DNA of 64,000 bases. Origin: an uncultured bacterium. Its GTDB lineage: Bacteria > Fidelibacterota > Marinisomatia > Marinisomatales > UBA1611. Within the stretch, counting starts at the first letter, position 1, and every line of letters begins with the position of its first letter. The stretch is from the NCBI GenBank assembly GCA_963933175.1, contig CAWVTW010000001.1:143-64142 (forward strand). Reading direction: 5' to 3'. This document shows positions 8,880 through 17,955 of this stretch, piece after piece. The notes below the pieces were generated by a model. The model saw nothing but the letters and a program-made list of their open reading frames with translations, was not told the DNA's origin and did no database searches. The translations under genes were made by a program, and so were the position numbers.

Positions 8880-10183
8880 AGCCCTGCTCCCAAAAATGGA
8901 GTTTCCAATCGAAAATCCCCAAAACCATTCATATCCTTAAATATGAATTGTTTACTGATTTTATAATAGCTCCACGTTTGATATAATGCAGACGTGGACG
9001 TTGATGAATGTGTTCGCTGGATTTCATCTGGTGGACCAAATAGGACGTAGATCATTCCACGATCCGTTTCCCATCCAGGTTGCCAAGCATCAAAGTGTTC
9101 GTTTGCATACCAAACACGGCCATAATATTCTTCCATCAGTTCATTATATTCTGTTTCAGGTGTTGGATCTCTACTCTTCCAAAACAAATAAAATAGCTGT
9201 TCCTTATCCTTTTTTGATTTCTTTTTTAATTGAAGTCGTTCATCATTAGTCATCACATACTTCATTTGCCTTAGTGCCAGATCAATATTATAAACATAAT
9301 TAGATATGCCTGGTTTATAGGTTGAAAATGCGGTCTTTTTTATATCAGTTGAGCCATTTTGAGTCAGCACGATTTTAAAATCATTTTTCAAAGACTTTAA
9401 CTGATTGGCTGGGATAAATATATTTTCGTTGAAATATCCTAAGTCCCCGTATCCTGAAAATTGCATCATAAGTGAATCTATGGTAGTTCCATTTGATAAA
9501 TAAATATCCACATCAAATTCACCAGAATCAACAAACCCGGATACCTTTAAGTCTATACCATCCCCTATTTCTCGGACTCTAAATCCGTTTGTGGGAATTT
9601 TCCCTGTTTCAAACCCCCAATCTCCTTCCAGGTTTAATAAAAATATCGGAGGCATAAGTACGGGTAACTTAGAATATGCTTTAAAATTTAGTTTCTTTAC
9701 TCGGATACCCTTTTTCCGCGTGTCATTATCCTGTAACTCTCCAATGACTTCATACTTTCCACCGATAGGAATAGTAATAGTCGAATAATGTTTTCGATTT
9801 TTTTTACCAGATTTTGTAAAGGAATAATTACTGACCTTGATGGTATCTGTCCAAACTTGATGCCCTAAATCTTCACTGCTTTCCCCTCTCATTCCAATGG
9901 ATGCCTGATATCCACTTTTGAACTCATCTTTATCTTTCACAAACTGAAGTGAATAAAAGGGAATTTCGATAAAAGTGACAACTTTAATTGAATCTGAATG
10001 AATCGCCTCCGCAAATGGGACCAAAGCAAATTTTTCAACATTTGAATTCTTCTTTTTTGATCGCCCAATACTTTGGCCATTCAAGTTGCTACTTAACACA
10101 ACTAAAATGAATATAATAATATTTTTAATCACAGATCCCTCTTCCATTTGAATTTTACCAAACCTTGAGATGAGCCAAGCCAA
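8876..10183 (-). CDS. GWxTD domain-containing secreted protein
   Basis: The C-terminus FWKSRDPTPETEYNELMEEYYGRVWYANEHF..GWETDRGMIYVLFGPPDEI is the GWxTD-domain signature. The signal peptide begins at an internal Met (MEEGSVIKNIIIFILVVLSS), so the true start is probably 10147. Confidence 0.8.
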   Translation of the reverse strand: MAWLISRFGKIQMEEGSVIKNIIIFILVVLSSNLNGQSIGRSKKKNSNVEKFALVPFAEAIHSDSIKVVTFIEIPFYSLQFVKDKDEFKSGYQASIGMRGESSEDLGHQVWTDTIKVSNYSFTKSGKKNRKHYSTITIPIGGKYEVIGELQDNDTRKKGIRVKKLNFKAYSKLPVLMPPIFLLNLEGDWGFETGKIPTNGFRVREIGDGIDLKVSGFVDSGEFDVDIYLSNGTTIDSLMMQFSGYGDLGYFNENIFIPANQLKSLKNDFKIVLTQNGSTDIKKTAFSTYKPGISNYVYNIDLALRQMKYVMTNDERLQLKKKSKKDKEQLFYLFWKSRDPTPETEYNELMEEYYGRVWYANEHFDAWQPGWETDRGMIYVLFGPPDEIQRTHSSTSTSALYQTWSYYKISKQFIFKDMNGFGDFRLETPFLGAGL

Positions 10184-11757
10184 AGCGTTTTTCCATTTAA
10201 ATTCATTGCATTAACCTGCCCAATAAAAGGGAATGAATATTCCCGTGTAAACCCTGTTTTTTTATTGATCCGAACTAACCCGTTTTCGGTGCCAAGAAAA
10301 ATATGTTTTTGATTAACAGTAAGAGAATAGACAGTCTTTGCATGATATATAGTGGACGGGAAAATAAGTTCCCAAATACGTTCTTTCAAGTCAAATTTAG
10401 CAATACCCATCTCACACACCACATATACTACACGTTCAAATTCTTTTATTGCTGTAATTCGATTCATTAATTCCGGGAAATCTTTTCTACCAATATCCTT
10501 TGCCTGCCTAATCTGGGGGTTCTGTTGGTTAAATACAAATACACCGGATCTGGAACCTATCCAAATATCATCATCTACACCTTCGATATCATAAACAGGG
10601 ATATTAAAAAAAAGATTTTCAATCCCAATGGGAGATTCTCGCCGAGTTGCTCGTTCAATTCGTCGAAGACCAACAGATGAAGCGATCCAGATATAACTGG
10701 AATCACCATGTACATCCCAAATTACTCCAGATGGTACGCCACGCTCCTCTCCTAAAGTGCGCCAGTAATCATCTTTCATATCATAAACCAATATTATTCC
10801 CTTTCCACCAGCCCAAAGTTCACCATCGGAGACATGTATCGAATATACAGGAGTTGGGCTCATATTGATCGTCCCTTCAAATTCATAAACAAAGGATTCA
10901 TTAGATTGTGGGTTTAGCCATGAAACACCCTTGGATGAAACGAAATCAGAACTCCCAATCCATAAGGCATTTCCATCATCAAATAAGCCAACGACATCCG
11001 TATTAGAGATATCCAGTTTCATGGGGAAAAATGTTTCCATGGTTGTTGTACCATGGAAAAAGGTTCCATCTCCACCGCCAGCAAATACATTACCATGACG
11101 TGCTATCAAGCCAGTGGTGATTTCTACCCTACGGCCTAAATGGTCAATAAACTCATCTCCGTTAAGAATCCAACCATCCATAGCAGAATAATTCATGAAT
11201 ATTTCATGAAGATTGGATTGCCCAACATATTGTCCACTGCTCCAATGAATATCTAATTCGTCCGGCGTTGGATAAATCCCTACTAAAATACCGGAAGAGT
11301 GATCCAGCTTTACATAAGACGATCTTGCCTGAAGCCAAATATAATTGGCGCTGGATCCAATGCGATTAATCCTATCATTTCGTGAAAGTCCTAAATTTTG
11401 AAGTTCTTTGGCATACCAATCACCTTCTCTAGAAAATGAATATTGCACATAGTGCGGTGATGCAACCCAGATCAGTCCTGTTCCCAAATCAAAATGGGTG
11501 GCTGTCACTTGATTATCTTTAAGTCCTTGAGCAGTAGTAATGGGCTCTTCAAAATTATTACTATATAAATTGAACCGTTTTAACCCGCCCATCTCAGTGC
11601 CAATATACGCAAAAGTGAATCCTTCCGTGATAGATGATATAGAACCAGCGCCCCGGTACAAAACCCAATCAAATGGGCGAAACCGCGAATCGGGTTGGCC
11701 GTTCAGTTGAGAAAGTTGAGTAAAGAATAGAAAAAAGATTAGGGAACGAAATATCAT
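10129..11757 (-). CDS. secreted beta-propeller protein (two-component-regulator-propeller-like repeats)
   Basis: 542 aa with a signal peptide and many repeats of the pattern ..IW(I/V)(G/A)(S/T)..G(L/V).. (IWVAS, LWIGSS, LWAGGKG, IWIASSVGL, IWIGSRSGV, LWLGSSQGL). Confidence 0.55.
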   Translation of the reverse strand: MIFRSLIFFLFFTQLSQLNGQPDSRFRPFDWVLYRGAGSISSITEGFTFAYIGTEMGGLKRFNLYSNNFEEPITTAQGLKDNQVTATHFDLGTGLIWVASPHYVQYSFSREGDWYAKELQNLGLSRNDRINRIGSSANYIWLQARSSYVKLDHSSGILVGIYPTPDELDIHWSSGQYVGQSNLHEIFMNYSAMDGWILNGDEFIDHLGRRVEITTGLIARHGNVFAGGGDGTFFHGTTTMETFFPMKLDISNTDVVGLFDDGNALWIGSSDFVSSKGVSWLNPQSNESFVYEFEGTINMSPTPVYSIHVSDGELWAGGKGIILVYDMKDDYWRTLGEERGVPSGVIWDVHGDSSYIWIASSVGLRRIERATRRESPIGIENLFFNIPVYDIEGVDDDIWIGSRSGVFVFNQQNPQIRQAKDIGRKDFPELMNRITAIKEFERVVYVVCEMGIAKFDLKERIWELIFPSTIYHAKTVYSLTVNQKHIFLGTENGLVRINKKTGFTREYSFPFIGQVNAMNLNGKTLWLGSSQGLVKFKWKRDL

Positions 11758-11768
11758 TCAATTGAAAC

Positions 11769-12737
11769 TCAATCATGATGATGATTAACAATTTCCATCA
11801 AAGAATTCGTATCAATTGGAACCACACCAACTTCCTCACAAACTCTTCCAGCAGCTAAATTGGCAAGCCAGGCAGAATCATTTGGAGGAGAACCGCATAC
11901 ATCGCTCAAAGCAAAAGTAGCAATGACCGTATCTCCTGCACCAGACACATCATGAATAGCCCTGGCTTTCGTATCAATCTGGTAAAACTTATCTTTCGAA
12001 AAAAGAGACATCCCTTTTTCTCCTTGCGTCACCATGAGCAAGTCAAATGCATGTTGCGAACGAAAAGATTCGCCTGCTTTTTCTAAATCGGTTTCATCAT
12101 CTATTTCGGTAAAAAATTCTGATAAATTTGGCTTAAACAAGCGAGCACCAGAATAAAATGAAAAATGCTGCTTCTTTGGATCAACATAAACTGGTAAAGA
12201 TTTCTCACGAGTTTGGTCCATGATCCATTGAATAAGACCTTTTGTAAAAACACCCTTATTGTAATCTTGTAGGATTACACCATCTATATCATCAAGTGAA
12301 TTTGAGATAGCCTGTTTGAGCGATTCTATTGTCTCATGAGAAGGTGCAGTAATATTTTCCCTATCTAATCTCACCACCTGTTGCCCTTGTGCAATAATCC
12401 GGGTTTTTACAATGGTTTTCCGTTGAACTTCGGCCAATAAATGACAGGAGATTCCATCATCCTCCGACAGGATAGATTTAAGCTGTTTCCCGCTGTCGTC
12501 CATCCCGACCAATCCAATGAGAGTTACCTTTCCTCCCAGTCCATGAATATTACGAGCCACATTAGCAGCACCGCCAGAATGGTGATCGGTCTTTTCAATA
12601 TGTACAACCGGAACCGGCGCTTCCGGCGAAATTCGATCGACACTTCCCAAAATATACTTATCTAACATCACATCTCCGATAACGAGAATATGCTTATCAG
12701 TAAATGAATTTAGGAGTGAAGTGACATTTATGTTCAT
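11769..12737 (-). CDS. rfaE: D-glycero-beta-D-manno-heptose-7-phosphate kinase (RfaE/HldE domain I, PfkB family)
   Basis: ILVIGDVMLDKYILGSVDRISPEAPVPVV...GGAANVARNI..LGG at the N-terminus and VSGAGDTVIATF near the C-terminus. 322 aa, so kinase domain only. Confidence 0.85.
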   Translation of the reverse strand: MNINVTSLLNSFTDKHILVIGDVMLDKYILGSVDRISPEAPVPVVHIEKTDHHSGGAANVARNIHGLGGKVTLIGLVGMDDSGKQLKSILSEDDGISCHLLAEVQRKTIVKTRIIAQGQQVVRLDRENITAPSHETIESLKQAISNSLDDIDGVILQDYNKGVFTKGLIQWIMDQTREKSLPVYVDPKKQHFSFYSGARLFKPNLSEFFTEIDDETDLEKAGESFRSQHAFDLLMVTQGEKGMSLFSKDKFYQIDTKARAIHDVSGAGDTVIATFALSDVCGSPPNDSAWLANLAAGRVCEEVGVVPIDTNSLMEIVNHHHD

Positions 12738-12798
12738 TATTAGTATCTGATAAATGATTTAATCTTGAAAGGTTAGTAAAAATCATTGAACGATAAAA

Positions 12799-13557
12799 CT
12801 ATTTTTCCTCTCTCTTTCTATTTTTGCTCCTACTACGATTCCGGGTGTTTCTGTTACTTCGATTACCTTGATTCCGTTGCGGTTTCCTGGAAATTCCTGG
12901 TCTAATCTTAGAAATATGTCCATTGTCTAAATAGATCAAAACGGAAGCAAAATTTTTCAAATGGACATCAGTCGGTGAAGACAAAACAAGTGTCGTACCA
13001 AGATTTCGATTCATTTTAGTAAGTTGATTTCGGAATTCCTTTTCCATATTCGTGTTGAAAAATATTCCATAGTCATCAATCAATAAAATTCGTGGGTCTG
13101 TTTCACAGGCAAAAACCATCCCCAGCCAATGGTGTTCACCCTGAGAAATTTTTCCAATCTTCCGGTTCCATAGATTACTAAAACTTCCTCCATTAAAGTA
13201 TCTATTTTCTATCACATTTTTTTTCTTTCCGAATTTTTGTGCTACATAGTTTGAAACAGTTTGGTTGGATGCACCCAATTCAGAATTATTGGAATAGAAA
13301 ACTTCATCGTGAACAATGATCTTTCCTAACCAGTTTGTCTGGTAGGGTTCATCATCATAGAGGACAGTACCGGCTGACTGTTTTTCAACACCGGCAAGAA
13401 TATTTAATAGTGATGATTTTCCACTGCCTACAGTACCAACAATACCATAGATTGTTCCGGGGTGAATTTCGAGCTTTCCAATCTTTAATGCCTGGTATGA
13501 ACCATAGGATTTCTCCAGGTTATTGACATTAAATATCAATCTTTTTGTTTGTGCCAT
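12799..13557 (-). CDS. stand-alone ABC-type ATPase with degenerate catalytic motifs and an Arg/Asn/Ser-rich basic tail
   Basis: Walker A (GTVGSGKSS) is intact. The signature is ISQGEHHW instead of LSGGQ. Walker B is ILLIDDYG with no catalytic Glu, and I see no obvious H-loop His. The C-terminus is RKPQRNQGNRSNRNTRNRSRSKNRKREEK. Confidence 0.6.
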   Translation of the reverse strand: MAQTKRLIFNVNNLEKSYGSYQALKIGKLEIHPGTIYGIVGTVGSGKSSLLNILAGVEKQSAGTVLYDDEPYQTNWLGKIIVHDEVFYSNNSELGASNQTVSNYVAQKFGKKKNVIENRYFNGGSFSNLWNRKIGKISQGEHHWLGMVFACETDPRILLIDDYGIFFNTNMEKEFRNQLTKMNRNLGTTLVLSSPTDVHLKNFASVLIYLDNGHISKIRPGISRKPQRNQGNRSNRNTRNRSRSKNRKREEK

Positions 13558-13613
13558 TATCTTTTCCTTTTTAGGCTATTGCCAATGAGGAAAAGGGAAA
13601 ATATTTTAAGCGA

Positions 13614-14543
13614 TTACTCAGTTTCCTGTTCGAGCCAACGTTCTGCATCAATTGCAGCCATACATCCCGTGCCTGCTGCAGTTACTGCTTGTCGATAAAC
13701 ATGGTCTTGTACATCACCACAAGCGAATACCCCTTCTAAATTAGTATAAGTAGTATCTGAGTTTGTAATGATATAACCTGCATTATCCAAATCAATGGAT
13801 CCATTAAACAATTTCGTGTTAGGTATATGGCCAATTGCCATAAAGATTCCATCGCATACGACATCTCGTTTTGCACCTGAAATTGTATCTATTAACCTGA
13901 CTGCCGTAACACCTGTTTCTTTCGTACCGATGATATCATCCACGTTTGAATTGTACTCAACTGATATCTTCGGATTTGCCAAGGCTCTATCAATCATGAT
14001 CTTGGATGCACGAAATTCATCTCTTCGATGAATTAAAACAACTTCGGATGCAAATTTGGTTAAAAATGTGGCTTCTTCCATGGCTGAATCACCGCCACCC
14101 ACTACGAGCACTTTTTTATCTCGAAAGAAAAAACCATCGCAAGTTGCACAGGCTGACACACCATGCCCCATCAATTCGGACTCAGATTCGAGCCCAAGAA
14201 GACGAGCAGTGGCGCCGGTTGAAATTATGATCGCTTCTGCGGAATATTCATTGCCATCAGCCCAAACTTTATATGGACGTTCAGAAAAATCCACTTTATC
14301 AACTGTTTTAAATAAGCATTCAGCACCAAAACGTTGTGCTTGTTTTCTGAATTCATCCATCATATCCGGTCCCATGATTCCATTAGGGAATCCTGGATAA
14401 TTTTCAACATCCGTTGTAATGGTGAGCTGGCCGCCAGGTTGGGTACCTTCGAAGACTAGGGGCTCTAAGTTTGCCCTCGCCGCATAAATAGCTGCAGTGA
14501 GTCCTGCAGGCCCAGAGCCAATAATAATGACCTTCCGCTTCAT
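13614..14543 (-). CDS. trxB: thioredoxin-disulfide reductase
   Basis: 309 aa with [15 protein letters not shown] (FAD), the redox-active CATCDG, and [10 protein letters not shown] (NADPH). Confidence 0.95.
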   Translation of the reverse strand: MKRKVIIIGSGPAGLTAAIYAARANLEPLVFEGTQPGGQLTITTDVENYPGFPNGIMGPDMMDEFRKQAQRFGAECLFKTVDKVDFSERPYKVWADGNEYSAEAIIISTGATARLLGLESESELMGHGVSACATCDGFFFRDKKVLVVGGGDSAMEEATFLTKFASEVVLIHRRDEFRASKIMIDRALANPKISVEYNSNVDDIIGTKETGVTAVRLIDTISGAKRDVVCDGIFMAIGHIPNTKLFNGSIDLDNAGYIITNSDTTYTNLEGVFACGDVQDHVYRQAVTAAGTGCMAAIDAERWLEQETE

Positions 14544-14562
14544 TTCCCTTTTCGTTTCCTAA

Positions 14563-14889
14563 TTAAATAATTTCGTCTAACATTGTAGTGATATTCCCCT
14601 TAGGGACAGCACCAACAATTTGATTTACAACTTTCCCATCTTTCATTATAAGAAGCGTGGGAATACTTCTTATACCATATTTCATGGCAGTATCTTGGTT
14701 TTGATCCACATCAACCTTTCCAACTTTGACTTTTCCATTATATTCTCCTGCAATTTCCTCAATCACAGGTGCAATAGCTTTACAGGGTCCACACCAAGTG
14801 GCCCAAAAGTCAATTAAAACTGGAATATCTGATTGAGAGACATCTGAATCAAAATTTTGATCGGTAAATTTGTGTACGTTTTCCGACAT
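14563..14889 (-). CDS. trxA: thioredoxin
   Basis: WCGPC active site (DFWATWCGPCK). I place the start at ATG 14889 (MSENVHKF), preceded by GGAGA. The track's 14910 start is a TTG. Confidence 0.93.
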   Translation of the reverse strand: MSENVHKFTDQNFDSDVSQSDIPVLIDFWATWCGPCKAIAPVIEEIAGEYNGKVKVGKVDVDQNQDTAMKYGIRSIPTLLIMKDGKVVNQIVGAVPKGNITTMLDEII

Positions 14890-14977
14890 AAGTTCTCCAA
14901 TAATTAACAAAAATAAGCCTAATAACTTAGGACAACTCTTTAATTCCTTGGAATAAAAATATTCAATTATTCTTTGA

Positions 14978-15850
14978 TTAATTGATTTGAAGTGTATCCG
15001 GTAAAATATCTAATGGCAAATCCAAAAAATATGCCGATAAAGTAAACGCTGAGTCTCCTCCAAGCGCTTCAATGAGCCCATTGGGAATTTGATCCTGTCT
15101 AACTAATAGATAAGGCAATACTTCATAATCACCCGATGATAAATTTAGGCTATCACTCAGAAGGTAGTATGTCCATGTAATAGATTCATTCTCTACATAA
15201 GTCAAATTTCTTAATTTGTCTTCTACACTATTCCCAGATTGATCAGTTCCATTGAAACGATAAATAGTAATAGTCTCATTATCTGTTAGCGACCTGAAAA
15301 ACAACCCCGAATGGAAATCAGAACCGTCCTCTTGTAAAATGTATTTGTAGGTATCTATTGACACAGCTGAATGGGTTTCAAGATTAAAAGATACCCGTAA
15401 GGTATCTCGGGTTTGAATTGAATTTTTATTAAAGTGAAGTATAACATCTCCTGATAGAATTTTTTTCATTTCCACCGGGTTTAGCAATTCTCCATCTTCT
15501 GAAAAATTGGTCTGCTCTTTTGAAAACATGCCATTGGTAAAATAAGCAGTGACCGAATCCAACTCGTAATTATGAATAAAGAAATATAGATTTACAGGCC
15601 CATTCATACTTCCGTTTGGTGTTTGAGAATTTGTGATGGAAAATGAAAAATAGCCGACGGAATCCGTAGTAGTATATAGATCAAATGTTTCCAACCAGAC
15701 TGAGACGGGAACATTGGTTTGGTTATTCTCGGTTAGCACTTCCCCAGTTATTTTCATTTCTATTGTAGGGGAGTCTTCCCAAAACGGATTGGATGTGCAG
15801 GAAAAGAACGAGATTAACAGGAGAATGATTGTTTTGTTCTTTATTTCCAT
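14978..15850 (-). CDS. hypothetical lipoprotein, last gene of the 1057-aa / TonB-receptor operon
   Basis: Signal peptide with a lipobox-like LISFFSCTS. It overlaps the upstream receptor gene by 10 nt. No family recognised. Confidence 0.5.
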   Translation of the reverse strand: MEIKNKTIILLLISFFSCTSNPFWEDSPTIEMKITGEVLTENNQTNVPVSVWLETFDLYTTTDSVGYFSFSITNSQTPNGSMNGPVNLYFFIHNYELDSVTAYFTNGMFSKEQTNFSEDGELLNPVEMKKILSGDVILHFNKNSIQTRDTLRVSFNLETHSAVSIDTYKYILQEDGSDFHSGLFFRSLTDNETITIYRFNGTDQSGNSVEDKLRNLTYVENESITWTYYLLSDSLNLSSGDYEVLPYLLVRQDQIPNGLIEALGGDSAFTLSAYFLDLPLDILPDTLQIN

Positions 15851-17955
15851 GAAAGTCCAAAATTCAGATTGTATCTTCGGTCATAAAGGGAAATCCCGTT
15901 CAATTCCTGTGATACATTATTCAAGTTTTTTCCCGAAAAACTGATTGCCCCTTTGTAATCTCGAAACTTTAATTTTAAAGACAAATTGGCATCATAGGTG
16001 TTGATCGCATCTAGTCTATTATGAAGAAATGTCCCTGTTGAATTAATGGATGTGAATTGGCGGGCGCTTTCTGAACGATAGATAAGGTTTAGTTGAAACC
16101 ATCGTATTTTTAAAGTTATTTTATTTCGGACCATCTTGTCGGGTTGTAATTGGAATGCCATTGGATCCGAAAAATAATAAGAGGCGTAGGATGATGAAAA
16201 ATTAAATAATTCTGTTTTGGAACTAAATGACAAATTTGAGTCAAAACCCGACAGACTTGCTTCACCGAAATTTATTGGAAACTGAATGGGGACACCAGTC
16301 AACTGGACTTGTTTTATCTTATTTGAATAGTGGTAATTAAATCCTGATATGTTTATTGCATAGTTTGGTTTTTCAAGGTCATTTTGATTCTCAATCTTGA
16401 TCCCCATTTCAAATAGCTTTTTATATTCCGGTATCAGCCCTATAGTACTCTGGTTAGTGGAACGAATATGATTTGAAAATCTTTCATTTAAACTTGGTAG
16501 GCGAAATACGTTCCCTAGATTTGTATAAAGCATGATTCGCTTTTGAGACATGCTACTAACGATTGACCCCGTGAACATTGAGCTTGACTCATCCCAGGTC
16601 TCCGTATCCATTATTTCATCAACGGATGAATCAGGTATATCAGAAATGAGATGCTTACTTAAAACTATCTTTACATCCCTCAATTGGATACCTTGGTTCA
16701 TGTCCGGTTGAACCAATTCAAAAGATCCGGTGAAAATGGAATTAACTCTTTCTGTAATAAAAGTTAAACTATCGATAACCCAGTTTGATGTTAAATAATT
16801 AGTTTCTCCATTAAATTTAGCCACTGCGCTCCGAATGGGTTTCTCAAAAGAAAAACCAAAACCATTATTTGAATCTTCCTTATTAATTGTATAAAAGTTT
16901 GTTAACTCACTGCCTAAATTATTTTGAAATAATCCAAAAAAAATGATCTCTCCACCTATTGGACTTAAATGAATTATTTTCCCGATAACGTTTTCCATAT
17001 CAATCGAAACGGAATTGCCAGTTCGATAATTTTGGAATTGTTTTCCATTCTTGAATCCCATGAATCGGAATTCAAGGTTATGACCATTCTTAATGCCAAG
17101 ATGTCCAAACTGTCGCTGGTGACTCGTTGTTATTTCCGGTTTCTTAGTATCAACATAAATTTGTGAGAATCGCCCTTCACCTATGCCTCCATTTAATGAG
17201 ACAAGTGAAGACCCTATCGATCCAAACCCATCAAATCCACCGTAGTTGTAAGTTCCGAATTGTTGGGTGAATGATGCACTAGAACCATAAGTCAACTTTG
17301 GTATAAAATTAATAGTACCGGATGATGACAGTCCTTTTTCATGTCCACCTTTCACCAATTCTATCCCGGATAACCCCGATGCTGAAAAAATAGATAAATC
17401 CAATAATGGATCGCCTAAGGTATTTATGCGAATTCCGTCATAAAGATAAATCATTTCTTCAGATGCTGATGCGCGAATTGAAATTGACTTTTGTCCATTC
17501 ATCGTTTCATTCATGGAGATAGATTGCTCGGAGAATAGTGCATCTCCAATATCAACAAATCCTCTAACAACTAATTCTTCTGCATCTAAGGTAATGACGC
17601 TATTCTTCGTTTCAAATGGACTAAACTGTTCTCGCCCTGCCCCTGTCACATCTAACGGTTTCAATTCTAGGACTTTTGGCGTTAAAGTCACGCTCGTACC
17701 ATTTTTAAAAAGAATGGCATCTAATGTTTCCTGTTCATATCCAATATGATCTAGAATTATTTGTAGGTCACCAATAGGAATTTTAAAAATAAATTCACCT
17801 TTATCATCTGATTGAGTACCAGTGTTAGATGGTTTTGACACAACATTCACATTGAATAGAGGGTCTCCTTTCTCGTCAAGAACACTCCCTTGGATAGGTT
17901 TAGTTTGGGAAATCAAAATAGATGAGAAAAAAAGTATAAATAAAAGATATTTCAT
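15841..17955 (-). CDS. TonB-dependent receptor-like outer-membrane protein with N-terminal CarboxypepD_reg domain
   Basis: The N-terminus is IQGSVLDEKGDPLFNVNVV...TQSDDKGEF (carboxypeptidase-regulatory-like fold). A plug-like region follows (ITLDAEELVVRGFVDIGDAL...ISIRASASEEMIYLYDGIRIN...SGIELVKGG). The remainder is long and beta-rich. Confidence 0.7.
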   Translation of the reverse strand: MKYLLFILFFSSILISQTKPIQGSVLDEKGDPLFNVNVVSKPSNTGTQSDDKGEFIFKIPIGDLQIILDHIGYEQETLDAILFKNGTSVTLTPKVLELKPLDVTGAGREQFSPFETKNSVITLDAEELVVRGFVDIGDALFSEQSISMNETMNGQKSISIRASASEEMIYLYDGIRINTLGDPLLDLSIFSASGLSGIELVKGGHEKGLSSSGTINFIPKLTYGSSASFTQQFGTYNYGGFDGFGSIGSSLVSLNGGIGEGRFSQIYVDTKKPEITTSHQRQFGHLGIKNGHNLEFRFMGFKNGKQFQNYRTGNSVSIDMENVIGKIIHLSPIGGEIIFFGLFQNNLGSELTNFYTINKEDSNNGFGFSFEKPIRSAVAKFNGETNYLTSNWVIDSLTFITERVNSIFTGSFELVQPDMNQGIQLRDVKIVLSKHLISDIPDSSVDEIMDTETWDESSSMFTGSIVSSMSQKRIMLYTNLGNVFRLPSLNERFSNHIRSTNQSTIGLIPEYKKLFEMGIKIENQNDLEKPNYAINISGFNYHYSNKIKQVQLTGVPIQFPINFGEASLSGFDSNLSFSSKTELFNFSSSYASYYFSDPMAFQLQPDKMVRNKITLKIRWFQLNLIYRSESARQFTSINSTGTFLHNRLDAINTYDANLSLKLKFRDYKGAISFSGKNLNNVSQELNGISLYDRRYNLNFGLSWK

